A program made the translations under genes and the position numbers. The notes below the pieces were generated by a model. That model saw only the letters and a list, made by a program, of their open reading frames with translations, searched no databases and had not been told where the DNA came from. From Elsinoe ampelina (Eukaryota), in assembly GCA_010093995.1 (NCBI GenBank), contig ML992506.1, positions 568,551 through 632,550 of the forward strand: a stretch of 64,000 nt of DNA. Direction: 5' to 3'. Numbering within the stretch: the first letter of the stretch is position 1; every line of letters starts with the position of its first letter. This document shows, piece after piece, positions 39,448 through 51,100 of the stretch.

Positions 39448-41282
39448 GGAGGCGAGGTTGAAGGGTGTTGGACCTCCCTACCAAGCAAACCAGTGGAGAA
39501 GGGAAGGGATGACGGGAGGGCAGCGTTGATAATAGGATGGAAACAACACGGCAAGCCGATTGCCTCCCACCCAGTGATCAAAGGCTAATGGGAATAAGCA
39601 TCCGGTTCCCGCATGGCTTTGCACGCAGGTGTGCCCAGACAGAGACAATGGTCAGAGACGAGTGGAAGAGGAAAAGATGTTGCTCGAGAGACGCGAACGT
39701 TGAGCGAAGAGGAATGCCTTGAGTCTGCCGCGGGTGTGTTATCGTGTGGTGAGCAGAGGACATTGGGCAGAGATAGGTGAACGGTGCTACCTGCCGGGTG
39801 CTGCCGTAGACCTGGAGCTCCGAAGAGTGCGACAGAGCTAGGAATAGATGGCTGTCGATCAACGGTGAGTCAACGGCGCTGTGATGAAGGCGACGAATCA
39901 CTTGTGGCGAGAGACACGAAACACACTGGTCAAGAAAATGCGATAAAAAGGAACGGTTTGCAGAAAAGGAGATGCTTTGAACGTGCCTGAGCCCTAGGTC
40001 GGGCAGGTGGTGAAAGAGTGGTCACGTTTATGCATGGCGGTCGATGCAGGGCCAGGTCGTATGTCAGGGATCATGCAATCCACCCGTTTGCCTTCTTTTG
40101 AGCGACTCCCACCTGGTGATCTCCCGTGCGTACAATTACCGGCATGAACAGCTTCTTCTGCACCTTCGCCAGCCCTCGATGTCGATCCGAGGACTTTCGT
40201 GCGGCCGTTCGGGATTGCGCACTCTTTCGACAGCAGTTGAGCCCGAGGAAGTGGTTCTGTAGAATAAATGCTGCCAGTAGTGCAACGGGTACGGCGCAGG
40301 ATGGATCCATCATGCGTCCGAGCTCATGCCGCCCACGCCTAGGGGCCTTGTTTCCTTGGGGAAGAATATTCCACGCATCAGAGCTAGCCATTGCGATGCC
40401 CAGCCATGTTCCTGGTCGCGCAACGCTTCGATCTAGTCAGGAATCCCGACGGCTGTTGGACGGGTGCGAGACATTGGAAGCTTGGAGATGTAGGTCAAGA
40501 TGATCAAGAGATCTGGCAAAGGAGAGACGGATGGGCGAGGTGTGGTTGATGTGCTCGCTCCGTTTCCGGCCCGCCCCTCATGGCGTCTTTTCCCGATTTT
40601 CCCCACGGATCCAGACCTCGACGACCGTCTGGACCACGATTCGGTCTCTTCTGCTCTCTGCCTCTGCCTCACAGTGACACCATATCGAAGTGTATATCAA
40701 ACCCTCATTGCGACTGCCAGGGTACGGACAGACGCATATCGGACCCTTGCCAACTAGGCGCCGGCACTTTGATCCGCGTCCGACATGATAATGACGAACT
40801 GCCACGAGAGTTATAAACGTGAACATCGAAGAATATTCTCGTCGCCATGAAGATATCCGTCCGTATCGCCAATCGAAGCATTCTGTCGGCTACCTGAACT
40901 TCAGACGGTCCAGCCACTCGATTCCATGCCATGATTGGTGGCAAGAAACGGCCATCTTAATCTCTTTGAAGATGACCACTCAACGGTCGTTCGTGTCGAC
41001 TATTGGTAAAGGTAGGAGCTCCGATGAACCCGTCTAAACGGTTCGCTACCTTTGCTTTGCCCCTCCCGCTCCGGGACTTACGAGGCAAAAGATGCGACAG
41101 AGGTCTGTTTTGTCGAGACATTCGCGCCGAACCCTCCGGACGGCTTTTGATGGGCCAAACTCTGGCGGGATCGCCCTTGATCAAATCTGCCCATTGTCTC
41201 TCCTTCTGCCGGCAGGCGTGACAGCTTCATGAGGCCACCACCCAACCCTGGAGGAGTCTCTCGCTCGAACAGCATCACGATA

Positions 41283-43087
41283 ATGCCTGGTATCCTGGAA
41301 TGTGTCGACGATGACCAAGGAAGCCCGCTGCCAGGAAAGGTCATCTATTCCGCAAGACCGTCAAAGGCGGGTTTGTCGACGATCATGGACAGTCCTCTCA
41401 TGCATTCAGGATCTGACCAGCGGGACATGTACCGCATGGGACGAAAGGCTGAGCTTCGAGTCTGTGCCATGCTCCTGCCTACCTTTTGACCATTGCTGAC
41501 GGCAGTAGCGAAACTTCAGTCTGTTTTCATGTATAGGCTTTTCGATTGTGTTGGGCTGCTCATGGGAATTCGCGCTCGTGTCCGTACTCTTGCTATGACG
41601 TCCTCGGTTTCGCTGACGCTGTATAGGACCGGCACATACACGCTCGCCAATGGAGGTATTGCCGGCACCATCTGGATGTTCGTTGCCACTTGCTTCGGAA
41701 TGTTCACTGTCATGTTGTCGATGGCTGAAATGGCCTCGATGACACCGTCATCCGGCGCTCAATACCACTGGGTCTCGGAGTTTGCACCTGCTCGTTGCCA
41801 AAAGTTCTTGTCTTTCACAGTCGGTAGGTGAATGCCGTAAGGCTCGGTGGACTGCACTGACATTGTACAGGCTGGCTGGCAGTCTTAGGCTGGGAGTCTT
41901 GTATGACCCTAGTCGGATACATTGGCGGTCAACAATTCCAATCACTAATATCATTGCTCGATCCATCATATCAACCTTCCGGCTGGCACGGGACTCTCTT
42001 CACCATGGCTGTGACGACCTTTTCTGTTTTCTGCAACATCTTCTTGATTCGGAAATTACCATTACTGGAAGGCCTCATGTTCATCATCCACATCGGCGGC
42101 TTTTTCTTCATCATCGTCATCCTGTGGGTCATGGGTCCAAGAAGCGATGCCACCACCGTCTTTACCCAGTTCGACAACCAGTCTGGCTGGTCGGGTCTTG
42201 GTCTCGCCACACTTGTTGGGATCACACCTCCGGTCGTGACTCTGATCGGCGCAGACTCATCGGCCCATCTTGCCGAGGAGATGAAGAATGCATCACGGGA
42301 CGTGCCAAAAGCCATGATCTTGACAGCTTTAGCCAACTACGTCTTGGGACTTGTCATGGTCGTCACCTTTATGTTCAACATCGGAGATATCGAAGATGTG
42401 TTGCACAGCTTCACGGGCCAATCTTATGTCGCTGTCATACAGTCTGCCACTGGATCTACTGCGGCTACCATCTTCTGCACAGCACTCGTTGCTTTCATGA
42501 TGTGCGCGTGCGGGGTCAATCAGGCGACTACTTCAAGCCGGAACCTCTATGCTTTTGCACGGGACAATGGCATGCCATTCAGTCAGTGGATCGCCTATGT
42601 GAGTGTTGCAGTTTCCCGATATCCGATTCAAGCACTAATATACATGCAGGTCCGTCCTGGCTGGGACTTTCCTCTGAATGCTGTCGTCGCTACGCTCCTC
42701 TACGCTTTCATCACATCACTTGTTATCATTGCTTCGCCCAATGCCTTCACCATCATTACCTCCTTGTCACTAAATGGCTTGATCCTCTCGTATCTCGTCG
42801 CCATTGGCGTCATCTTTTGGCGCAAGTTGAGACCAGATCCACTGCCAAAAGGAAAATTCACTCTCGGCCGCAAATCCGGACTGGTGATCAACTTTCTCGC
42901 AATCTGCTTCTTGAGCTTCGTCTTCGCTTTCAGTTTCTTCCCATCGATACCCAATCCAACAGCAATGACAATGAACTGGAGCCTGCTAGTCATGGGATGC
43001 TGCGTGACGGGATGCTCGCTTTATTACTGGTTGCATGCACGGAAGCACTATACTGCGCCGGTGGAGCGGACACGAAAGCATGACTAA
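41283..43087 (+). CDS. APC-family amino-acid/choline/GABA permease
   Basis: ELR/RNFS, SMAEMASMTPSSGAQYHWVSEFAP, GADSSAHLAEE and SRNLYAFARDNGMPFS; about 12 TM; 4 introns; start codon approximate. Confidence 0.9.
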
Positions 43088-43212
43088 TGTAATGCATATA
43101 TATGTACATTTGCGAGAGATGAGCGTTGTTTCTCCCCATATAACAGACCGACACAAGTCGTCTAATGTCTATTCACACATCCATACAACATCTTATAACG
43201 GCCGTCAAACTA

Positions 43213-44523
43213 CTATTCAACCTCTTTTTCCTCGTTCTTATCCGTATCATACAAACCCAGGTACCTCACCGCGTACTCAGCCCCCATTCCTACCACAATT
43301 GTCCCTCCCGTGATCCACACACCTTTCCTGAACCACCACCAACAGCTCGCCGCATCCTCCAACCTTACCTTCCAGATCTGCAAGCCATTCCCCACCAAGC
43401 TCCCTCCTACCACGCCCACATGATATACCCATCCAGCCCCACTCACTGCCCCCGCCACGCCCAACAACCCAGCCTGCACCACCGCCAACCCCGCCAACAC
43501 CGCCTTCGTCTCCCCCTCATGCGCCCGCGCAATACTCCTAATCCCGGCCCTCTTATCATCCTTCAGATCCATATGGGCATACACCATATCATACAAGACC
43601 GTCCAGGCGACATTACTCCCATACAAAGCCGCAGCAGCCCACAACGCCGCTTGATCCGCCAACAAATCCACCCCGAGCGCAGGGAACCCCATGATCGCCC
43701 CCCACGAAAACGTCAGTCCCAGCACAAACTGCGGGTAATTCGTCACCCGCTTAGCAGCCGGGTAGAGGCCCACGAGCAACAACGACGGGGTGGCGTAGTA
43801 GAAACACTCTGCGGGGAACTGCAGCAACACCGCTAGCCCCGAGAGGAGCTGTACCCCCGTCCACACGACCGCGGAAGGGAGCGACACTGCGCCTCGGGCT
43901 AGTGGCCGGAGACGGGTGCGCGCGACGTGCGGATCGAGGTTTCGGTCCCAGATGTCGTTGATGGTGCAGCCTGCGCCGCGCATGATGAGGGAGCCGGAGA
44001 TGAAGAGGAGGGTGGTGGTGAGGAGGCTGGAGGGGGCGATGGGAGGGGAGGTAAGGGGTGCTGCGAGGAGGGTGGAGAAGATGCAGGGGAGGAGGAGGTA
44101 GTAGGTTCCTATTGGCTTGTCGAGGCGGGAGAGTTCGGCGTAGGGGATGAGGGAGGGGGGAAGGTGGGAGAGGAGGCCGGTTGTGGGGGGGTGGTAGGTG
44201 GTGGGGAAGGATGGGGGGGAGTTGTTTTGGTCCGTTGTGGTTGTGGTTGGGGGTCCCGTGGATGTGGTGACTGAGCGGAAGGGTGTGGGGTGCTGTCGAG
44301 GGAGGGATGGCGGTATGGGACGTCGAGTCCGATATGGAGGAGATCCGAGTGTCGGTATACGATCACGTGCCGAGCAGCTGTGTCGCGATTGAAAGGACGT
44401 CCATGTTCGACGTGACAAATTCGGCAGGTCACCCTTGGGTGCTTTCGCCACCGAACTAAGCCTTCTGGATGTAGTCAGCTGCTGAACGTGTTGGAAGTCC
44501 GTGACTTTCCCACAAGGAAACAT
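43213..44523 (-). CDS. COQ2: 4-hydroxybenzoate polyprenyltransferase (UbiA family), mitochondrial
   Basis: RLDKPIG, RGAGCTINDIWDRNLDPHVARTRLRPLA and YDMVYAHMDLKDD; N-terminal presequence. Confidence 0.95.
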   Translation of the reverse strand: MFPCGKVTDFQHVQQLTTSRRLSSVAKAPKGDLPNLSRRTWTSFQSRHSCSARDRIPTLGSPPYRTRRPIPPSLPRQHPTPFRSVTTSTGPPTTTTTDQNNSPPSFPTTYHPPTTGLLSHLPPSLIPYAELSRLDKPIGTYYLLLPCIFSTLLAAPLTSPPIAPSSLLTTTLLFISGSLIMRGAGCTINDIWDRNLDPHVARTRLRPLARGAVSLPSAVVWTGVQLLSGLAVLLQFPAECFYYATPSLLLVGLYPAAKRVTNYPQFVLGLTFSWGAIMGFPALGVDLLADQAALWAAAALYGSNVAWTVLYDMVYAHMDLKDDKRAGIRSIARAHEGETKAVLAGLAVVQAGLLGVAGAVSGAGWVYHVGVVGGSLVGNGLQIWKVRLEDAASCWWWFRKGVWITGGTIVVGMGAEYAVRYLGLYDTDKNEEKEVE

Positions 44524-44976
44524 GGCCAGAGAAGGAGCGCAACATGCCCTGGGCTTGACTTGGATGCGATGTCTGGTGCTGCAAGACGATTATGAAAGCA
44601 TTGCTTCAGAAACTACTTTTCGTGCGGCGGCGATTGGATGTTCCGTCCAAGTGTAAGATTCCCTGTGAATTCCAGTGCTTCCTTTTAATTCCAGTGACGC
44701 CGAATATAATGTGGCGAGTCGGCCGCACGAATACAGTCGTTTTGAGTTCAACCGAGCCACCCCGGGCTTGGCGGTACTCTTCACCGACTTCTGCTCACCA
44801 AAATTGGCTAGCTAGAGGTCTAGAGAGAATATAGAGTCGAATAGCTTAACAACGCTGTCTATTTGAATAAAATTGAAGCTAAAAAAAGGTGTAATAGACT
44901 AGTTAGTATATACTAACGTTACTAAATTATAGCTTATAAGTGTTCTTCTTCTATAACTAACTATTGCTCTAGCTAT

Positions 44977-45821
44977 NNNNNNNNNNNNNNNNNNNNNNNN
45001 NNNNNNNNNNNNNNNNNNNNNNNNNNNNNNNNNNNNNNNNNNNNNNNNNNNNNNNNNNNNNNNNNNNNNNNNNNNNNNNNNNNNNNNNNNNNNNNNNNNN
45101 NNNNNNNNNNNNNNNNNNNNNNNNNNNNNNNNNNNNNNNNNNNNNNNNNNNNNNNNNNNNNNNNNNNNNNNNNNNNNNNNNNNNNNNNNNNNNNNNNNNN
45201 NNNNNNNNNNNNNNNNNNNNNNNNNNNNNNNNNNNNNNNNNNNNNNNNNNNNNNNNNNNNNNNNNNNNNNNNNNNNNNNNNNNNNNNNNNNNNNNNNNNN
45301 NNNNNNNNNNNNNNNNNNNNNNNNNNNNNNNNNNNNNNNNNNNNNNNNNNNNNNNNNNNNNNNNNNNNNNNNNNNNNNNNNNNNNNNNNNNNNNNNNNNN
45401 NNNNNNNNNNNNNNNNNNNNNNNNNNNNNNNNNNNNNNNNNNNNNNNNNNNNNNNNNNNNNNNNNNNNNNNNNNNNNNNNNNNNNNNNNNNNNNNNNNNN
45501 NNNNNNNNNNNNNNNNNNNNNNNNNNNNNNNNNNNNNNNNNNNNNNNNNNNNNNNNNNNNNNNNNNNNNNNNNNNNNNNNNNNNNNNNNNNNNNNNNNNN
45601 NNNNNNNNNNNNNNNNNNNNNNNNNNNNNNNNNNNNNNNNNNNNNNNNNNNNNNNNNNNNNNNNNNNNNNNNNNNNNNNNNNNNNNNNNNNNNNNNNNNN
45701 NNNNNNNNNNNNNNNNNNNNNNNNNNNNNNNNNNNNNNNNNNNNNNNNNNNNNNNNNNNNNNNNNNNNNNNNNNNNNNNNNNNNNNNNNNNNNNNNNNNN
45801 NNNNNNNNNNNNNNNNNNNNN
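44977..45821. other. Assembly gap (N run)
   Basis: 845 N. Confidence 1.
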
Positions 45822-47030
45822 TTCTAAGCTCTTTAATAGGTCTACTACTACTACCTTTATAGTAATCCTCCCTTAGATCGACGCTAGTAAGGATAGTATA
45901 GACTCTAGTAGCTAGTGTAATACTACTATCTTTATAGATAGTATAGCTAGCACTACTATTGTAAGGTTAAGGCTTAGTAACAAGCTAATTACATAGTACG
46001 CTCGAGGGCATAAATAGCAATAAGAAGCCTCTATTAGAGTTAGTATAGACTTATACTAATTATAATTACTATAACTATAAGAGGTTATACTAGCGTATAT
46101 TAACTAGTAAGTACTACCGGATTATAATAGAGAATAAGTATACCTAGGCTACTACTATTTACGATAGTAAAGCTACTATTAATTGTCCTCCTATAGGCCT
46201 TATATTAAGTCTTAATTGCTTAAAGGCCTCGAGGAGTGTTAAAAGCGCTCTACTAACACTACTAATACTAATGCCTTTAGCGTCTTTAGTGCCTTTTATA
46301 CTCTCTCTAACACCTATTAACTATATTAATATTATAAACTTAATTGCTTCTTACTAGCTATAGTAGCGCTTAGAGCCTATAAACGACTTAAGATTCTTAT
46401 CTATTACCTCTAAGGCTAACCCTTATAAAGTTTTAACTAAATTCTTTAAGTAGATAAAGAGAAAGAGAAGCTTTAAAAGAGATATTTAGGTACTAGATTA
46501 GGTTAAATTTAAGCTAAAGAAGGAGAATTATAATCTTAATAGTATAAGAGATATACGCTTAGATAGGTAGAGAGATATCTAGGCCTTTAATAAAGGCCTT
46601 CTATACCGGATTTAAAGCTAAATTAGCCCTTTTAAGCGCTAGTATTACTCTAAGATAGTTATACGAGCTAGATTAAATTAAGCAAGTTAGATACCTTACT
46701 ATCTTAGTAGTCGAAATAGGCACTTTTATCTAGTTTATAGTAGCTAATATAGATACTAATTTACGTAGCGTAATAGACAATTTAACTAGCTTAGTAGCTA
46801 AGATAGATATTAATCTAGTTCGGCTGCCGAACTAGACTTAGTTTATCTAACTCGGAGTAGTATATATATAGTATAGAGTAGTTATAGTAGTAGTAAAGAG
46901 TTTTTACTAGGTCTTAGTATTAAACTTATTTAATATAAGTAATTTCTTACGTACTAAATAGATTCCCTATAACCTTACGCTATATCTATAGCTCTTAAAG
47001 TACGCTTTAGCGTATAGTCTACTATATAAG

Positions 47031-47453
47031 TGTCACGAACTGTCTAAACTAAGGTTATATAAGTAAGTCTTAGGTCGAGCTAAGAATAATATATTCTACT
47101 TCTATAGTAGTATAGCACTAAGGTAAGAGTTAGAGAAGGTATGTCTTATAGATAATAAAGTATAATTAGATAGTATTATAAAGGCTAGCCTTAGTAATAC
47201 TAGTGTTTACTATCTAGACGAGGTTAACTATAGTACTTATAGAAGGTAAGGACTACTTTCTATATACTATATACTCTTAGGCACATAGGTTTAGTAGTGT
47301 TAGAGCACTAGTAGGGAGACTACTATCCCGTAAATACTATAAACTACTTTCTGTTTAGGACAGATTACGTGACTTGTCTGTTTCTATCTTAGCGTAGGGC
47401 TAATTAGTTATTTGTAACCTATTCCGTAGGTCCTCTAAGAGACCTTTATAACA
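47031..47453 (-). repeat. 3' LTR (423 bp, TG..CA) with adjacent polypurine tract
   Basis: Begins TGTCACG and ends TATAACA; followed by CTATTCCTCTTCT, which reads AGAAGAGGAATAG (PPT) on the minus strand. Confidence 0.85.
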
Positions 47454-47548
47454 CTATTCCTCTTCTAGCTAGAGTTGTCTTTAACGTTTATAACTGCGCT
47501 ACTCCCTAGGTTATTTTTCTTTCTTTTCTTTTTAGGCTATAGCTAACT

Positions 47549-48133
47549 ATAGATAGCTTTTGTGTTAATAAGAAGAACAAGAGCTAGAAACCTTCTCGAT
47601 TCTAGAAGTAGCGTTATATTAATATAGCTAACGCTCTATCAATACCTAAGAACATTGTAATAGTTATATATACGAACTATCTAGAGTTTAGTATAGTGTG
47701 TTATTTTAATCGTAAGTAGTTAGTAAAGTGTGCCGAATATTAGAGAAACAATCGAAAGTATAATAGCACTTTTTCGTTAGAGAAATATCGCTAGGTAGGC
47801 GAGTAAAAGAAGGTAGTTAAGGCGAAGAGCCTTTAAAAACAAAAGGAGATAGCTCGGTTAAAAAGGAATCTTATTATAGTATAGTAGGCTCTAGCTAAAG
47901 CCGAGGTAGAGAACTTGTCTCTATAGGAGGATATAGTAAAGTTAGATAAGAAGTTAAATCGAATACTTCGCTAGGAAATAGAGGCGTTAGGCGTATTTAA
48001 TGCTATACCTCCTAATAAGGAGATTTCCTTAGGTAACTCTAACTTCGTTCTAGAGAGGATACTAATAGTCTAAATAGTTAATTAGCCTACGATAGGTTTT
48101 TAGTCTAATAGTCTAGAATTACTTACGAGGTAA
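47549..48133 (+). pseudogene. RIP-mutated antisense ORF in the retrotransposon: Zn2Cys6-like domain plus coiled coil
   Basis: One frame has TAT/TGT codons at 47669, 47678, 47699, 47729, 47738 and 47759 (C-x2-C-x6-C-x9-C-x2-C-x6-C after TAT>TGT reversion), followed by a K/E/L/A-rich heptad-like segment. Confidence 0.7.
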
Positions 48134-51100
48134 GGTATTTCTCTAGTTCCTATATAGCTTTACTATACTAATGTCCTTTCTAGTGGATTAAATAATAGTA
48201 CTTCCCTTTTATAATTTTATATCTTAAAACTCTTTTAATCTTATATCGTAGTTACTATATCTCTTCGTCTAGTTCGATAGGCCCTAGTATAGTATTTTAT
48301 AGTGCTTTTTCGAGTAGTAATATATAAAAGACTAGGTGTATCCTTATATATATTAGTAGTTCTAGTTTATATACGTTTTTGTTTTTCTTTTCGAGGATTC
48401 TAAAGGGTCCTAGTTTAGTGTAGTTAAGTTTCTTACTTAGTCTTTTCGTTTTAATGTTTCTACTAAGGAGATAAACCTTTTCCCCCTTATATAGAATTAG
48501 TCTCGTAATTCTCTTACTATTAGCGAATTTTACTATTCGTTTTAAGATAAATATTATATCTTAATATAATTAATTATATAGCTTCTTAATGTCTGTAACT
48601 AGTATATTAGCGTCTTCCGATATAGGTTTTATCTCTAAGGTGTTCTAGTGCAAATCTAGATATATGCTATAATTAGCAAAAAATAGTAATACTCTATTTG
48701 CCGATTTTCTGTTATTAATAGTAAGTTCTATAAGCGGTAGTAGCGATGCCTATAAATCTTATTCGTAGTTAAGGTAACATTGGAGGTATTATTCTAGTAC
48801 TTAATTTGCTTATTCTATTTGCCTGTCCGTTTATAGGTGGAATAATATTAATAATTTATACTTAATTCCTAGTAGGTCTATAAATAATTACTAGAATTAT
48901 AATATAAAGAGCTTATCTCTATTAGTAATTATATCTCGGGGTACTCTATGTCTAGAAACAATTATCCGGAGGAAGGCGAAGGCTATATTCTCGACTATAG
49001 CTATTGTCTTATATAGTATAAAGTAATAGTACTTTATAAATCTGTCTACTAGGACTAGAATACTATTGTACGTTACGCCTATAAGGGGCTCTTCTAAGAG
49101 TAGTAGTAGTCCTATAAAGTCTATCGTAACTAATTACTATAGTTTATCTAGTAGTAGCAATAGCTGTAATAAGCTATATAGCTTATACCGGGCGTGTTTA
49201 GACTTATAGTAAGTATCGTAAGCGGCGATATATTTCTTAATATTGTTTCGGAGTTCTTTCTATAGGTAATTTTATATAATAAGTTCGATAGTCTTATTAA
49301 TCCCGCTATAGCCCGTAGTAGAGTTATTATAGTATATTCGAATAACTTTCTATTTCTGTTCTTACGTAAGCTCCTAGGTAAGGCTATATAACTACTTTAC
49401 CTTCGGGTGCTTATAGACTAAAGCGCTATTCTACTACTTTAGTATAGAGGCCTCTATTATTGTTATATTCTTTAAGTAATCCGGTCTTTAGCTAAGAGCA
49501 TCTACTCCGCTATTCTCTAATCCCTTAATATAGTAGATCTAGAAGTTGTAACTTATAAGCGTTTCTAACTATCGTACCTATCGTCTATTAAGAACCTTAG
49601 TTATTGTCTAATATAGTAGGTTCTTATAGTCCGTATAGACTTATATAGGTAATGTTATTCCTTCTAGATATACGCGCTACTCGTAGAATACTTCTATAAT
49701 TGTAAGTAATTCCTTATCGTATATGTCGTAGTTAAGTTTAGGTCTAGTTATCTTTCTTAAGTAATATACAATTAGGCAGCGTCGTTCTTCTATGTCTTTC
49801 TACGCTAGATACGCTTCTATTACAAAGTCCGAGGTATTCGTTTCTAGTAGTGCTTATTAGTCTAGGTCGAAAAGTGCTAAAATAGGTACTATAGTCAGCT
49901 AATACTAGAGCTTCTTAAAGGCCTATTTACACTTATCGTCGAAGACAAAGCTAGTTTCCTTCTTTATAAGGTTAGATATTAGCGCTACTACTTTAGAGAA
50001 TCCTTTAATAAACTTACGATAGTAGTTAAAGAAACCTAGTAGTGCTTAAACCTCCTTAACTGTAGTAGGTTCTAGCTAGTCGTTAACGGATTTAATCTTC
50101 TTTAGATTAGGTCTAATACTATTAGTAGATATAATATAGCCTAGAAATTGTATCTTATGTTTGTAAAACTCGCACTTAAAGAGCTTTACTAGTAGGTCTT
50201 TCTCTTTTAGCTTCTATAGCACTTTACGAACATGTCCTATATGTTTGTTATATATCTTTAAGAAGATTATAATGTTGTCTAAGTAAGCCGAGATAAAGTT
50301 ATCGAGGTATTCTCTTAGAGTGTTATTAATTAATTCTTAGAAGAATACTAGCGCGTTAGTTAAACTAAAGAGTATAACGAGGTACTTATAGAGACTCTAT
50401 CTTGTCCTAAAGGCTATTTTCTATTCCTTACTGTCCTTTATCTATATTCGATAGTAGGCGTCTCTAATGTCAATTACGGTGAACTATTTAGCTCTAATAA
50501 GTCGATCCTAAAGCTTATTAATCCTCGGGAGAGAATAATAATTCTTCCTAGTAATTACATTAAGTTTCTAGTAATTAATACATAGTTATAGCAATCTATT
50601 CTTCTTAGGTGCGAAAAGCACTCTATACGCAATTAGTGATTTTAATAGTTGTATAAATCCTTTATGTAAGTGCTAGTCGATATAGGTTTTAAGGAAGTTC
50701 TCTTTCTTCTTCGATAGTAGTATAAGACCTTAATAGTGTATTAGGGATTTACCTTCTTCGAAAGGTATTTCGTAATTCTATAGTTTATATTAGAGTAGGG
50801 CCGCGATGCCTTTCTGTTCTTTAAACAAGTCCTCGAAGTCTTTATATTCCGGCGGAAGTGCTTAGTCACTTACGCTAGCGATAGCTCTAACTATTAGTCG
50901 TACCTATACTGTCCTTATAGTTAGTATCTATAGAGCTAATTATGCTCCCTTCGTCCTATAATTATACTTAGGGAATTCGAGTGTTTCTTTAATCTAGTCT
51001 ACTTCTAGATTGTGTTATTAAAGCTAGTTTATGCCGAGTACTATATCGTACTATATGTCTATAATGTCGATTGATTATTTCTCTATATATGTTCTAATAG

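Noticed and set aside
39800..41220. Short ORFs between the PTH11-like gene and the permease
   Set aside because: No recognisable family; treated as a divergent promoter.
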